From positions 8,535,472 to 8,599,471 of the forward strand of contig NW_003526943.1 in the NCBI RefSeq assembly GCF_000181795.1: a stretch of DNA of 64,000 nt, in the 5' to 3' direction. This document shows positions 52,833 through 64,000 of this stretch, piece by piece; the stretch's first letter is position 1, and each line of letters opens with the position of its first letter. The position numbers and the translations under genes are program-made. A model generated the notes under the pieces. It searched no databases. It had not been told where the DNA came from and saw nothing but the letters and a program-made list of their open reading frames with translations. This DNA is from Trichinella spiralis (taxonomy: Eukaryota).

Positions 52833-54808
52833 TGATGAAAGCCGTGCTGAACTGCGTGCTCTCCCGGGATCCGGATATCAGGAAAGGAACCTCGGCGTAC
52901 ATCGACGACATCCTGGTGAACGAAAGCGTCGTCGCCGTGGACCGCGTGAAGCGGCACCTTGCGCACTATGGGCTGACGTACAAAACCCACGAGCGTGCCG
53001 CTGACGCAGCCCGCCTCCTTGGACTGAAGGTCTGGGGGGAGCGAGGGAAGCTGATGTGGAGACGAGACAACGACGTGGGCGGGGTGCCAGACGTGTTGAC
53101 CCGTCGCTCTGTGTTTTCGTACTGCGGAAAGCTGGTTAGCCACTTCCCGGTCTCCGGGTGGCTGAGGATAGCGGCGGCGTACATCAAAAGAAAGGCTAAC
53201 GACGCCACAACGAGCTGGGACGAGGTGATCGACGGAGACGAACTGAGAGGACTGATCCAGGAGACCGCGCTGGTGGTGAAGAAGCGTGACCCGGCGCGCG
53301 GGAGATGGGACGTTTCGGCGAAAGAAGCCAAAATTTGGGTAGACGCCAGCTCGCTGGCAATCGGCGTAGCGCTGGAAGTCGGCGGCTCGATCGTGGAAGA
53401 CGCGGCGCGGCTGCACCCGGATGACACCCAACACATAAACATGACTGAGCTGGATGCCGTCATCAAAGGCCTCAATTTGGCCCTTAGCTGGCAGATGAGG
53501 AGGATTCGCTTGATGACAGACTCAGCGACAGTGCATCGATGGGTGACGGACGGCCTTTCCGGAAAAGCCAGGCTGAAGACGAAAGCGTCAGGTGAAATGC
53601 TGATCCGAAGAAGAGTGGGCATAATACTGTCGCTGGTGGTGGAGTTCGGATTAGAGCTGGAAGTCGACCTTGTGAAGTCTGCGTGCAACAAGGCAGACGT
53701 ATTAACCCGCGTGCTGCGGCGGTGGCTGAAGCCACCCGCAGCTGGACCGGCGCTCGTCTGTGCGGCAACTGCGGATCTGGGCGTGGAGCGAATGATCGCA
53801 GATGTCCATCATGCTATGGGCCACCCGGGAATAAGACGAACGTTGTACTTCGCAAGGCGGACGGATCCGACAGTATCCAAGCGCCAGGTGCGACAGGTGA
53901 TCAGCGGCTGTGAGCCATGCAAGTCGCTGGATCCGGCGCCTGGAAAGTGGAAACGAGGAAGTCTCGAGGTTGAGGAGGTATGGCAGAGGGTTGGAATGGA
54001 CATCACCCATGTCAGAGGCCTACCGTACCTGACCCTCATCGACTGCGGACCGTCGCGGTTTGCTGTCTGGCGACGCCTGAGAGTTCATTGCAGTGCGAAC
54101 GTCACTGAGCAGCTGGAGGCGGTGTTCTGCGAACGGGGGGCCCCGGAAGAGCTGCTAACGGACAACGACACCGCTTTCCGAGGAAGGACCTTTACGGAGT
54201 TCATCGCCCGGTGGGGAGTCCGAGTGCGGTACAGATGTGCCTACGCTCCGTCCGGCAATGGCATAGCGGAAAGATGCCATCGAAGCGTAAAGGTCATCGC
54301 TGCGAGAAAGAATTGCATGGTGGAAGAGGCGGTGTACTTGTACAACGTTACGCCGCGAGACGGCCGCAACCCGTGGACGGCCCCGGCTAACGTCGTGCAC
54401 GCATACGCCGTTAGGGTGCGGGGTGTGGACCGAGCAACAGAAGAACCTGAAGAAAAGAACGGACGATTCGCTGTCGGCGACTCGGTATGGGTGAGGCCGC
54501 CCGGAGCCAGATGTGACACCCGACACCAGAAAGGCACCGTGACTGGCGTTGTTTCTGACCAGTCAGTGGAGGTCGACGGGATGCCGCGACACGTCAGAGA
54601 CCTTCGGCGCAGAACGCCGTCCGTGAGCACAGCAAGCGACATCTCCGAGCAGACCGCCGACGAAGAAGAAAGAATGATCATCCACCTTCGCCCGCGAGAG
54701 GCCGCGGATGCGGATCAGTTTGCGGAACCAGCACCAGAGCCCGCCTCTGTCGGACCCAGGCGCTCGACGAGAATTCGCAGGCCTACCGCGCGTCTGTGTT
54801 GCGATTAG
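52830..54808 (+). mobile_element. 5'-truncated Ty3/Gypsy pol ORF (partial RT, RNase H, integrase)
   Basis: RT YIDDILV. RNase H WVDASS...ELDAV...MTDSATV...NKADVL. Integrase zinc finger HHAMGHPG...CEPC and DDE core GMDIT...LTDNDT...NGIAERCHR. The order RT-RH-IN indicates Gypsy. Open to TAG at 54808, then polypurine tract AGAGGGGAG at 54815-54823. Confidence 0.95.
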
Positions 54809-54823
54809 GATATCAGAGGGGAG

Positions 54824-55055
54824 TGTGTTATGATGGGCCGTCCTGGAATGACGCACGATTGTATCATGGCGACATTACCGAATTTCTAGAACTTGAGTAT
54901 CGGCGATCTACCGTAGGAGGAAGTGGTGTCGTGTGCGTGACCTGGATTTGGAGCGCTGTCGTTTGCGTACCCTATTGCTGATCGAATAAAGCGTTTCCCG
55001 AAAGAGCGGCTCTGATCTTTGGTTCTGTTCCCGTCAAGTGCAAAAATTTATCACA
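54824..55055 (+). mobile_element. Gypsy LTR (232 bp) preceded by PPT/pol and followed by gag
   Basis: Near-identical to 52360-52591, with TG...CA ends and a PPT immediately upstream. Confidence 0.9.
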
Positions 55056-55068
55056 AGCTATCGCGGCC

Positions 55069-55435
55069 ATGGGTAGCGGAAATGGAGTTGACAAGTCGCT
55101 TGACTTGCGGTTGATCCCTGAGTTCGACGGATCACCCCAACAATCAGTGGTGGAGTGGCTGGAGAAGGTGGAGCTGGTGTGCAAGCTCCGTGACATCAGT
55201 GATGTGGCCAGCGTAATCCCGCTACGGCTGACGGGCGGTGCATTCGCCGTGTACCTGCAGCTGAACGCCTAGGATAGGTCAAGCATTGACAAGGTCAAGG
55301 AAGCGTTGCTGGCCGCCTTTGCGGCTGACCCCTTCGTGGCCTACGACCAGTTCGTCTCGAGAAAGCTGGGTCCCGACGAGTCGCCTGATGTGTTCCTGGC
55401 GGACCTGAGGAAGCTAGCGACGTTATTTGGTGGAG
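55069..55435 (+). pseudogene. Gypsy gag 5' fragment with in-frame TAG (55270-55272), truncated at 3' end
   Basis: MGSGNGVDKSLDLRLIPEFDGSPQQSVVEWLEKVELVCKLR...PLRLTGGAFAVYLQLNA*DRSSIDKVKEALLAAFAADPFVAYDQFVSRKLGPDESPDVFLADLRKLATLFGG, a retrotransposon capsid-type pattern. It then switches into the minisatellite. Confidence 0.85.
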
Positions 55436-55786
55436 ACAGCGGCGAGTCCACGTTGGATACAAAACCACAATCACCAGCGGATAAGATACTGTGCTGTTGG
55501 TAGTACCCTGAAGGAACATCTCCGAGAAATAATGAACTGATCAGAACGAAGAAGATCCTGAGAGTGCCCGTTGAATACAAAAAGCACAATCAGCAGCGGA
55601 AAAGGTACTGTGCTTTTTGAGTACCATGAAGGAACATCGCCGAGAAATGAAGAACTGAATACAACGGAGAAAATCCGGCGAGTTTGCGTTGGATACCGAA
55701 ACCACAATCACCAGCGGAGAAGGTACTGTGCTTCTTGAGTACCACGAAGGAGCATCGCCGAGAAATGAAGAACTGAATACAACGGG
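55432..55786 (+). repeat. Minisatellite array B: 3 copies of the same roughly 117-bp unit
   Basis: Starts GGAGACAGCGGCGAGTCCACG exactly as array A does, with the same order of variant units (about 55441, 55559, 55677). Confidence 0.9.
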
Positions 55787-55790
55787 AAAT

Positions 55791-55965
55791 ATGCAGGCTC
55801 CGATGCAGGTCCAAACGATCCGACTAACCATTCCAGCGAGACGGCATGGATCTGTTCGGCCTCTGGAAGAGACGCAGCGGGTGATTGGATACATTCTCAC
55901 GGTCTGTGTCTGCTGTTTGAAGTGGCAGGAAGCGTTTCCACTGCCAAACGGTAGCGAATATTCTC
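55791..55965 (+). mobile_element. Frameshifted integrase fragment from a different Gypsy family
   Basis: QAPMQ...PFQR.GMDLFG(frameshift)PLEET....YILTVC....KWQEAFPLPN, the rve N-terminal motif, unlike the integrase at 53.8-54.4 kb. Confidence 0.7.
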
Positions 55966-55974
55966 GTTAGCAGC

Positions 55975-56190
55975 CAAAAGCCATCTTGTGCTTTACGGGC
56001 TGTTCCAACTTCTGATTGCACAACAAAGTGTTGTGCAAAAGTTGATTCGACAAGTGCTAACAGGGAACGCTGCTGTTGATGACTTTATCTGTATGAACGG
56101 TGTTTATGATGAAAAGCAACGCCAGGTTATTCAATATAGAGGTGGATACGCCACAGCCAGTTTAATGCCATTTTTCAACTGGTAGTTTTG
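55975..56190 (+). mobile_element. Possible MULE-type DNA transposase C-terminal remnant
   Basis: LYGLFQLLIAQQSVVQKLIRQVLTGNAAVDD...VYDEKQRQVIQY resembles, from memory, the tail of MULE-like repeats common in Trichinella. Not verified. Confidence 0.4.
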
Positions 56191-56607
56191 CATTATATTT
56201 TATTATTTGCTTTCTGTCTCTCCTATTTTGTCATTTCAACTTTGTGTGTTGTTTATTATTGTTTACTGTTGTTGCTGTTATTGAACATTCAAAAATAAAG
56301 TTCACTATTGTACTTATTTTGTTGTTGCTGTTTCTTTTGCGTTCTTACTATCACACTTCATTCAATTTTATTGTAGTTAGATAAGAATATGTGGGATAAG
56401 GGGAAAAAACATTAATTTCTAACATACTATAAGTTCGCTTTATTTTGTATTATATAAAAGTTATAATTAGTGTTATCATAAATACGTAGGAAGGGAAATT
56501 GTTTCGAGCAAAGCATAGAATGAAAATTAATACTTAATTAGCATTTTAACTGTAGGAATAAACATATTATTCAATGCTTTGAAGCAATATATTTTTTAGA
56601 AAATAAA

Positions 56608-57488
56608 ATGCATAAATGTTTTGGAATTACCTTTTCACTGTTTCGTTGGTTTTCAACAGGGGAATGCGTTTCGAAATTTCGTTTCGGTTCATTTTATTTT
56701 AAACAATTTCCATCGTTTTCCCACAGACCTCAGTTTGTGTTTTGTTCACGTTTTACCATTGACGAAGATACTTTAAAATTGATAGCAGAAATTGCGGAAG
56801 AAAGAAATTTGAAAATTTGGCTGCTCAGTGAGGATGGAACTGATTTGGGCAAGATGTCGTTAGCCGATGCTAAAACTGTTGCGTCACGTCGAAATTTGCG
56901 CCTCTGGTCCGTGGGAAAAACTGTGCAGAAGAAAAGTGAGAATCAAGTTAGCATCGACGACGAGCAGGAAGAGGTTTTGCAATTGCCGGTTTATCAATTA
57001 ATTTCTGGTAAAGAATTGTTCGATAAAAGAAACGAGGAGAACAAGAAAAAAGCAAAAAATGTGAAAGAAAAGATTTTGCGGTAAGTTTTGAACGTGGAAA
57101 ATAACTCGATTATACACCGATTTACTACTCTGGTATCACTGTTCAACGTATGCATTATTTCAGTTGTGAAATTTTTGAAATTTAAATCAGTTTTTGTAGC
57201 GTTCATTCGACGATTTCACAACATGATCTAGAAGCTAAAATGAATCATGTTTTCCAACTTTTGGAAAAAAAGCATCCGATTCGCATTGAAATAATATCCA
57301 AATCGGAAGAAAACACAAATTCCACGGTATATTTATTAGCACTTGAATATATTCATATATATTCTTTTTCAATATAGGAGAGGTTTTTGGACAACATCAA
57401 AACACTGCTCCAGGATAAAGCGGCAGTTGCTTCCATTCAACGTTCGTCTCATCGCATCATTTTATGTTTAAAACCGCAAAATGTTTAA
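56608..57488 (+). CDS. MTIF3: Mitochondrial translation initiation factor IF-3; exons 56608-57080, 57200-57326, 57378-57488
   Basis: F/R/S-rich targeting peptide. IF3-N pattern LLSEDGTDLGKMSLADA...A....L.L...PVYQL. IF3-C pattern STISQHDLEAK...LLEKKHPIRIEI. Introns of 119 and 51 nt keep phase. Confidence 0.8.
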
Positions 57489-58009
57489 TAATTTCTTCTC
57501 CTCCATTTGGCAACTTTTTAAATGCAACATTATTACCATGTGGTTCGATTTAGTTCAAATAGCAACTGCATACATGAAAACACATGAATCACATGAAAAG
57601 CATTGCTAAAGAAAAAAATAAATTACATAAATTGTTGTTCTTTTATGATTTGCAAAACTGGCGATCGGTTTGTCATTTTTCTGGAATTTTTAACTTTTTT
57701 AGAAAAGTATACAACGTTATTTGCTCTTTTGAAAACAGTTGCAAAGTTTGATAATTTTATTAAAAATTACTTCAGAAGGACGCAGAATTTGCTTTCCACA
57801 GTTGAATGTCAACGTTTTTTTGATAAAAATAAATTCAATCCCCATAAATAATTTCTGATGAAACATTTCACTTTTCTGAACTGCTGAAGAATAAAAAAAA
57901 ATAAACATACTGGTCACTTTTTGTGTGCAAATAAAAAAATAAATCATAATTTGCAACAACTTTTATTTAAACTTGATTTTTAATACAGTAAGAATAACTT
58001 TGCCACAAA

Positions 58010-61000
58010 ATGAATGGGGCTTGGCTTTTGGTTTCGGTATTGCTTTTATTATACGTCAGTTTTTCAAACGGAATAAATTTAATTGATCTATTTGGTGCAA
58101 ATTTTGATCAATCTTCCACTGATTTATCAGCATCAACAGGTGTGCAGCGTTTTAATATTTCTAATCTGCATTGGCAAGTTAGAAATGAAAATGGTTCCAT
58201 TTCATTTAACGCAACTATACCGGGTAATATTTATACGGATTTGTTTAATGCTGGTTACATCGATGATCCTTACTTATACAACCATGACGTTAGCCAACGT
58301 TGGGTTGCTTATCAGAACTGGATCTACGAGGTGAACGTAACTCTTCCACTGATTGAAAATATGGTATGCCTCGTTTTCTATGGTTTAGACACGTTTGCTA
58401 CAGTTGTCATAAATGGAATTCCGCTTGGTCATGCCGACAACATGCACTTAGCTTACCCGTTCTGCGTGCACAGTTTGAACGATAAGCAGTTTCATCTGTC
58501 TGTTGCTTTCACTTCTCCAGTCGTCAAAGCTTCCGAATTGGCAACAGCGTTCAAACGGGATTTCGGCTATTCCGTCCCACCGGATTGTCCACAGTTGTTG
58601 CAAAACGGAGAATGTCATGCAAATTTTGTGCGTAAAATGTCAGTTAGTTTCAGTTGGGATTGGGCACCGGCTTTTCCTGGCGTCGGTATCTGGAAAGAGG
58701 CTTCAGTTTGGACGGTTCGAGGCTGCGCTATTTGGCAGTTTGCAGTTTCGCCAGTGCTCGACGAAGACGGTAAATTTTGGAATTTGCACGTTCATTTTGT
58801 GCTTTTTTGCGCCAGTGCAGAATATTGTTTGTTTTCTGTAAAAATTAATAATTTAAAGTGGCAATGGCAGTCGCAACTGAACTTTGGAAAAAATTTCGAA
58901 TTTCGACTGGTCAAGTGTTCTGTTCGAGATGTCCGTCTGTGGTGGCCAACGGGTCACGGTGATCAACCATTGTACACTGTACGAGGTGCTGTTGTTGGGT
59001 CGAATTGGAAAGATTCAAGAAGTGTTCGTACCGCATTTCGTCATGTGGAACTTGTGCAACGGGATCTTGTGAAGGGGAAGAGTTTTGAATTTTTCGTAAA
59101 CGGGGTTTCGGTATTTTTGAAAGGTGCTAATTGGGTTCCTGCAGACTCGTTTCTGCATCGTGTCACACCTCAGCGTTTGCAGTTTTTGTTCGACAGCATT
59201 TTGCAGGCAAATATGAACTGTTTGCGCGTTTGGGGTGGGGGCGTGTACGAAAGTGACCTGTTTTATGAGATGGCTGATCGTTACGGTATTCTCATCTGGC
59301 AGGACATCATGTTTGCCGTTTCATTCTATCCTGCTGATGAAGATTTCCTTTATCGAGTAAAAACAGAACTGAAGTACCAAATTCTTCGTCTTATGCACCA
59401 TCCATCAATTTTTGTATGGTCAGCGAACAACGAAATCGAACTGGCGCTGGCGAAGCGATGGTATCCAACTACAGTATCCTACAGTACATTTCGAGCCGAT
59501 TACATGCGTCTAGTATGGGATACGATTTATAAAGTTGTCAATGAGACTGATTTTTCCGCACGTCCATTCATTCTTTCCAGTCCATCGAATGGCATCAATA
59601 CTACCGCAAGGTGAGTTTTTTTTTATGTATACGTTTCATCAAATATTAACAGTGCAGTTGCAATGTCATTTATTTCAAATTACTTAAAAATATTTATTGT
59701 AAATTGAACATTTTGAAAAATTTTTATTTGCACTTACGTAGAGAAAATTGCAATAGAAATTACTGAAATGCTATGCTTCAACTTCAATTTTTGTTTGTTT
59801 GTAGCTGTTCATGTTTATTTTGCTAATTTTTTCCTGCTCGACGCTTTACAAAGTTCACAATTGACTGCCTGTACAATGTTTTTTTGCTTATCAATCTACA
59901 ATAGCACTTGGCATTTCTAATTTACTAGTAACAGTTGTTTTTTTCAGTTTTTTTACAAAATAAAATGCATGACATATTCGATATTTTAATTTAATTTTTG
60001 TCGGTGGAAGTTTTGACAGTTGATTTCTGTGCAATCAGTATTGTATAAAATGTTCCTTTTTTATTTATGTTATTTGTCAGCAGTTGCAGAGCTTTATTTT
60101 TCATAAATAAGAGAGTTTGTCACTTTTATGTTGTTGTTTGTTGTATTTCAAAAAAGAATAAATAAACTCATTGATTTTTATCCAGTTCGACTTGTGATCA
60201 TAAAAAAGTACAAAACTGTAGACAGACAGTTTGTAATTTAATAACGCTGATTTTGTATTCACGGATTTCTCTTTGTTCATTGACAAAATAGCTATTAAAA
60301 TAAATAATTGATGCGTTGGTATAATTAGAAAGTTTGCCTTCGTTGGAAAAAGATCCTTTGACGGCAAAGTGAAATGTTGGTTATTGTTGCTGTTGGTGCT
60401 TTTGCTTTTGCAGCGTGGCTTTTGGCGGCAAGTGTCGATTTGGGAAAATTTATTGGCTATTTTAGTCAAATTGGCAAGCAATTTGTAGATTGAATTTTTG
60501 AATTGTAGAATTAGGAGAAAGAGAGATTTAGCAAAAGCAGAAAATGTTGGCCATTGGAAATGCAATTTTGCAATCCAATGTTCAACTTTTTCAGCGGTGC
60601 GAATGGACAGTGAGTGTGTTTTAAATGGTAAAATATTTGCATATCTGAAATGAATATTTCAATGCGTGCATGGTATAAAGTTTATTTATTTGAGAATGTC
60701 AAGTTATTTTTTATTTTCATCAGCTTCACGAGTTTTTCTTGCATTGATTTAAAAAAAATTATGGTCAGAATGATATTTTGCTTATATTTTATTAATAAAA
60801 TAGGTTTCTTTGAATATTTTATTTTCTTTACATTTGTATTTTGCGTTTTATTTTTTGTCATTTTCCAGATTGTTAGTTTGAAGGTGCAGTGGTTTTCAGT
60901 TGAAAATTAAATATTGAAAAAATAATTATCAGCATTGGTCGTTGTTTGTTTGTTCATGGAAACTGGAGAAAGAGCGGAAGTAAAACCAATAGCTTATTAA

Positions 61001-64000
61001 AGTTTCATTTTGCAAAGTTTTAATTTGTTTTTCCGTGATCTCAGAAAACAAATTATATTTTATACAGGTTAATTTATCCCCGTGGGTGGGGAAAGGGGGG
61101 GGAGAGTATTGTTGATCACGAATTATTATCCTTACGCTTTCTTTTTCTGTTTTTTTTATTATTGTCGTCCAGTTTACGGTGTTTCAATGTTTCATTTCAT
61201 TTCTTTGATTATGCATTTTTTTGATTCTTTCATTTGTCGAGGCATGATGATTTGACGATGAAGATGAGAAAATAATGTTTTTCAATGCGTGACTAATCAA
61301 GTTGGAACTTTCTATTTGCTGTTCAATGAGTTGCAAAGAAATTGGTGAACTTTTCAATAGATCATTAATTTGAATATGTTGCATTTATTTTTCTTTTTGC
61401 ATTGATTTTTTAGGTTTTAACATTAAATTTTAATATATTTATATACATTGGACTATGGTGTGGTCATTTCATGGTCTATCTTTTCGAATTAATCAAAGTT
61501 GTGCAATGATTTATTTATTCGCATTGGTTTTCAAAGTTGCATGCATTTTTTGTTATTATTGGTATTGTTAATCATCAGCATGCGCGCAGCGAAAAGGAAG
61601 AGTAGAAGAAATGAATTGTCAAATTTTCTCCATATATGCATAAATATATATATATGATTGTCCTGTTGGAATATTCAGCCGAAGTGAGCACATCGATTGG
61701 GTGGATGAAAGGAAACAATTTGCAAGCAAAATACGACATTATGAGGAAAGAAATCAGCTACAGCATAGGATGGAATGTATTTCTGTGCAATTTTCTATTT
61801 TCCAGCACCAGGGCTTTATTCTTCAGAGAGACGCGAAGCTTTTTGATTTTCACCCTCCGTGACGTCGTCTTCCATGGTCAGTGCCTTAACCTTTACTTCT
61901 GCTAATCATCTTTGCGACTGGGAGGTTGTCGATTTTTGAAATTTAATTGAGTCCTACTTGAGGAAATTTATATTTTATATATAATTGCATTGCACAATTT
62001 TATATTTAAATTGAAAAATATTCTAGACTGAATTTGAATTATCGATTTCATCTGCTCCAGTAGTGTCATACAAAGAAGCTCAAGTTGTGAATATGATGTG
62101 AGAAATTGCCATTTTGCATTCATACTTGTACTTATTCAAAGTACCATGCATTGTCGTTTTGTCAAAACTGCAGTCGATTGTAGAAAATGCATTAATTTTC
62201 AGCTCGATTAGTTCAATGCAGACTACATACTTATGTAAATCAAAATTTCATCTCATAAAAAGCATTTTTTTTAAAATAAAATTAACAGTTTATCCAGATT
62301 TATTATTTTTTCTTGAAATTAGGATCCGTGAAACGGAGAAGAGAGGTGCTGTTTCTATTTGGCGGATTTTAATAATAAGTGTTTCATCTGTTCAAACAGC
62401 CACCCTTATTATTATTCGGCGTTGTGTGTTTTTCCTTTTCATGAATTTGAGAAATCTTATTGAGGCTAGTTGGACTATTCTAAATTTGGAAGATTTATTG
62501 AACATTTTTGTTCATAGGCAAGGCAGTATCTCTCATTTATGAACAAATTCTTGAATCATCTTCAATTGATAGTTGAAAATTTATTCCACGAATATGAATC
62601 AGATGATGAAGAAAAGAATAGTCACGTTGTGAATGATTTGTTTAAAATGTGAAAAAATAGTTTCTTTTTTCTTAAATTTATTGACTGACATTCGTTTGCA
62701 TTCAACAATTTTATATGCATGCGGTGAGATTGTGATGAAAATTGTTGGTTGATTGAATCTGCAGAGGTTTGATTTGTTATATATTTATTTACGTGGAATA
62801 TTTGAAGATGACTCAAGTTAGCTTATAAAAGCTGAGAAATTGCGAATTTTACTTCGACATGTTTTTCGTCAATTGTTTCCAGTCGTTGGTTTTTCCAATG
62901 CATTGTAAATTTCAATCAAGCAGGAAAAAATATTGGTAGAAATTTTATATGTTTTTCTTGGGAGGGGAGGGGTTGTTTGGGTTTGTTCTTGGGAAAAATT
63001 GATTTTTCATAAGCGGTGATGAATATAAAAAAAGAGAAGTGTATGTTGCTGCGTTGTGCAGTGATGTGGATTGGAATATTTGTATTTCCTCTTTCATCAT
63101 CGCTTTTTGCAACAGTTTGGATCTTGAAAAGATGTTATGATTGCCGCTTCTTATGATTTGATAATGCAATTGTAAAAACCGAACCTGAAGTAAATTGGGG
63201 GAAAATATTTGCATTTTTTTTCATTTTTTAGCGGCGGTATTGCCGACGATCCGAACAGTGATCTGTACGGTGATGTGCATTTTTATGATTACATGAGCGA
63301 CATGCTGCGCGATGACAATTATCCAATACCGAGATGCGTCAGCGAGTTCGGTGTTCAATCGTTGCCAGATTTGGAGACTTGGCGCAGCGCCGGCGTGGAC
63401 CCAGACAGTGCGAAGCTGTTCAGCGCGGAGGTTCTTCACCGTCAGCATCATCCGTTGGCTCATTTTTCCATGCTCCAGCAGACGATGAGGCATTTTCCAC
63501 TTCCGGCTCAGAACAAGAGCACATTGTCCACATACGTTCTGCTCACCCAACTCCACCAGGCGTTGGTCTACAAGACGGCCGTGGAACACTGGCGCCGGTG
63601 GAGGCACCGCCTGGACGAGAGCACCGGTCGCGGTTGGACATCCTGCGTTCTGTACTGGCAGTTGAACGACATCTGGCAAGCCCCGTCCTGGTCCACGGTC
63701 GACTACGGGTTGAAATGGAAACTGGCCCACTATTACGCGGTGAAATTCTACGCCCCGCTGTTGGTCACGGCTAATTGTTCGTCGACAAGCGGGCGCTGTT
63801 CCGTGTTCGTCGTGTCGGATTTGACTTTCCAACTGGTGAACGTGACGGTCGAGGTTCGTTTCTACTGTTGGGATTGGCCGGACCCGTTGGCTTCGATCAA
63901 GCGGCCGGTCGGGTCGGTGCCTCCGCAGGGTTCACTGTTGGTATTTGAATTCCCATTTGGGAATTTTTTCCACTTGGTCACGTTGGCGGTGTTGAACAGC
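58010..64000 (+). CDS. MANBA: Beta-mannosidase (GH2), partial; exon 58010-59610, intron 59611-63231, exon 63232 to window end
   Basis: Signal peptide. Motifs ATIPG.IYTDL, F.GLDT.A.V.ING, NFVRK...SFSWDWAP, LWWP.G.G.QPLY, F.KGANWVP.DSF, NMNCLRVWGGGVYE, WQDIMFA, HHPSI..WSANNE (acid/base), SSPSNG. After a phase-2 splice: YGDVHFYDY...PRCVSEFGVQSLP (nucleophile), LYWQLNDIWQAPSWSTVDYGLKWKLAHY. Confidence 0.95.

Noticed and set aside
52508..54856. Long minus-strand ORFs (308, 241, 146 aa and others)
   Set aside because: Antisense shadows of GC-rich pol with no independent motifs.
52360..55055. Reading the two 232-bp LTRs as the ends of one full-length retrotransposon
   Set aside because: The first LTR has its own GATAC TSD and is followed by minisatellite rather than gag; gag lies after the second LTR.
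51977..55786. Regularly recurring motifs suggesting a CRISPR-like array
   Set aside because: The whole 117-bp unit repeats with no unique spacers, there are no cas genes, and the context is eukaryotic.
60101..63214. ORFs inside the MANBA intron as nested genes
   Set aside because: Low-complexity F/L/I/K/N-rich translations with no recognisable domain or consistent splice frame.
63221..63832. 203-aa minus-strand and 146-aa plus-strand ORFs
   Set aside because: Shadow frames of the GC-rich beta-mannosidase exon, whose true frame runs off the window.

Overview
AT-rich eukaryotic genomic DNA with short (about 47-70 nt) GT-AG introns and AG acceptors just upstream of start codons. This fits a nematode, probably a clade I species such as Trichinella (inferred from gene and transposon content, not proven). 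The first 24 kb is nearly gene-free: one K/R-rich 4-exon gene, one probable first exon running off the left edge, and several GC-richer islands. Next come an unc-58-like two-pore-domain (K2P/TWK) channel with a 6.9-kb intron, cyclin B3 head-to-head with a CP110-like centriolar gene, a decayed Ty3/Gypsy element, a compact minus-strand ISY1 > RAB5IF > B3GLCT-like cluster, and GINS3/PSF3. A 5.5-kb nest of transposon pieces follows (two solo LTRs with target-site duplications, a 117-bp minisatellite, a permuted pol-LTR-gag Gypsy segment, integrase and MULE-like remnants), then mitochondrial IF3 and a GH2 beta-mannosidase running off the right edge. The most notable observations are the non-canonical first selectivity filter of the K2P channel (TACGYN, split by an intron), a CP110 homolog in an apparent nematode, and a Gypsy primer-binding site that seems complementary to a tRNA 5' end rather than the 3' CCA end. 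All homology calls come from motif recognition by eye; no database search was run.
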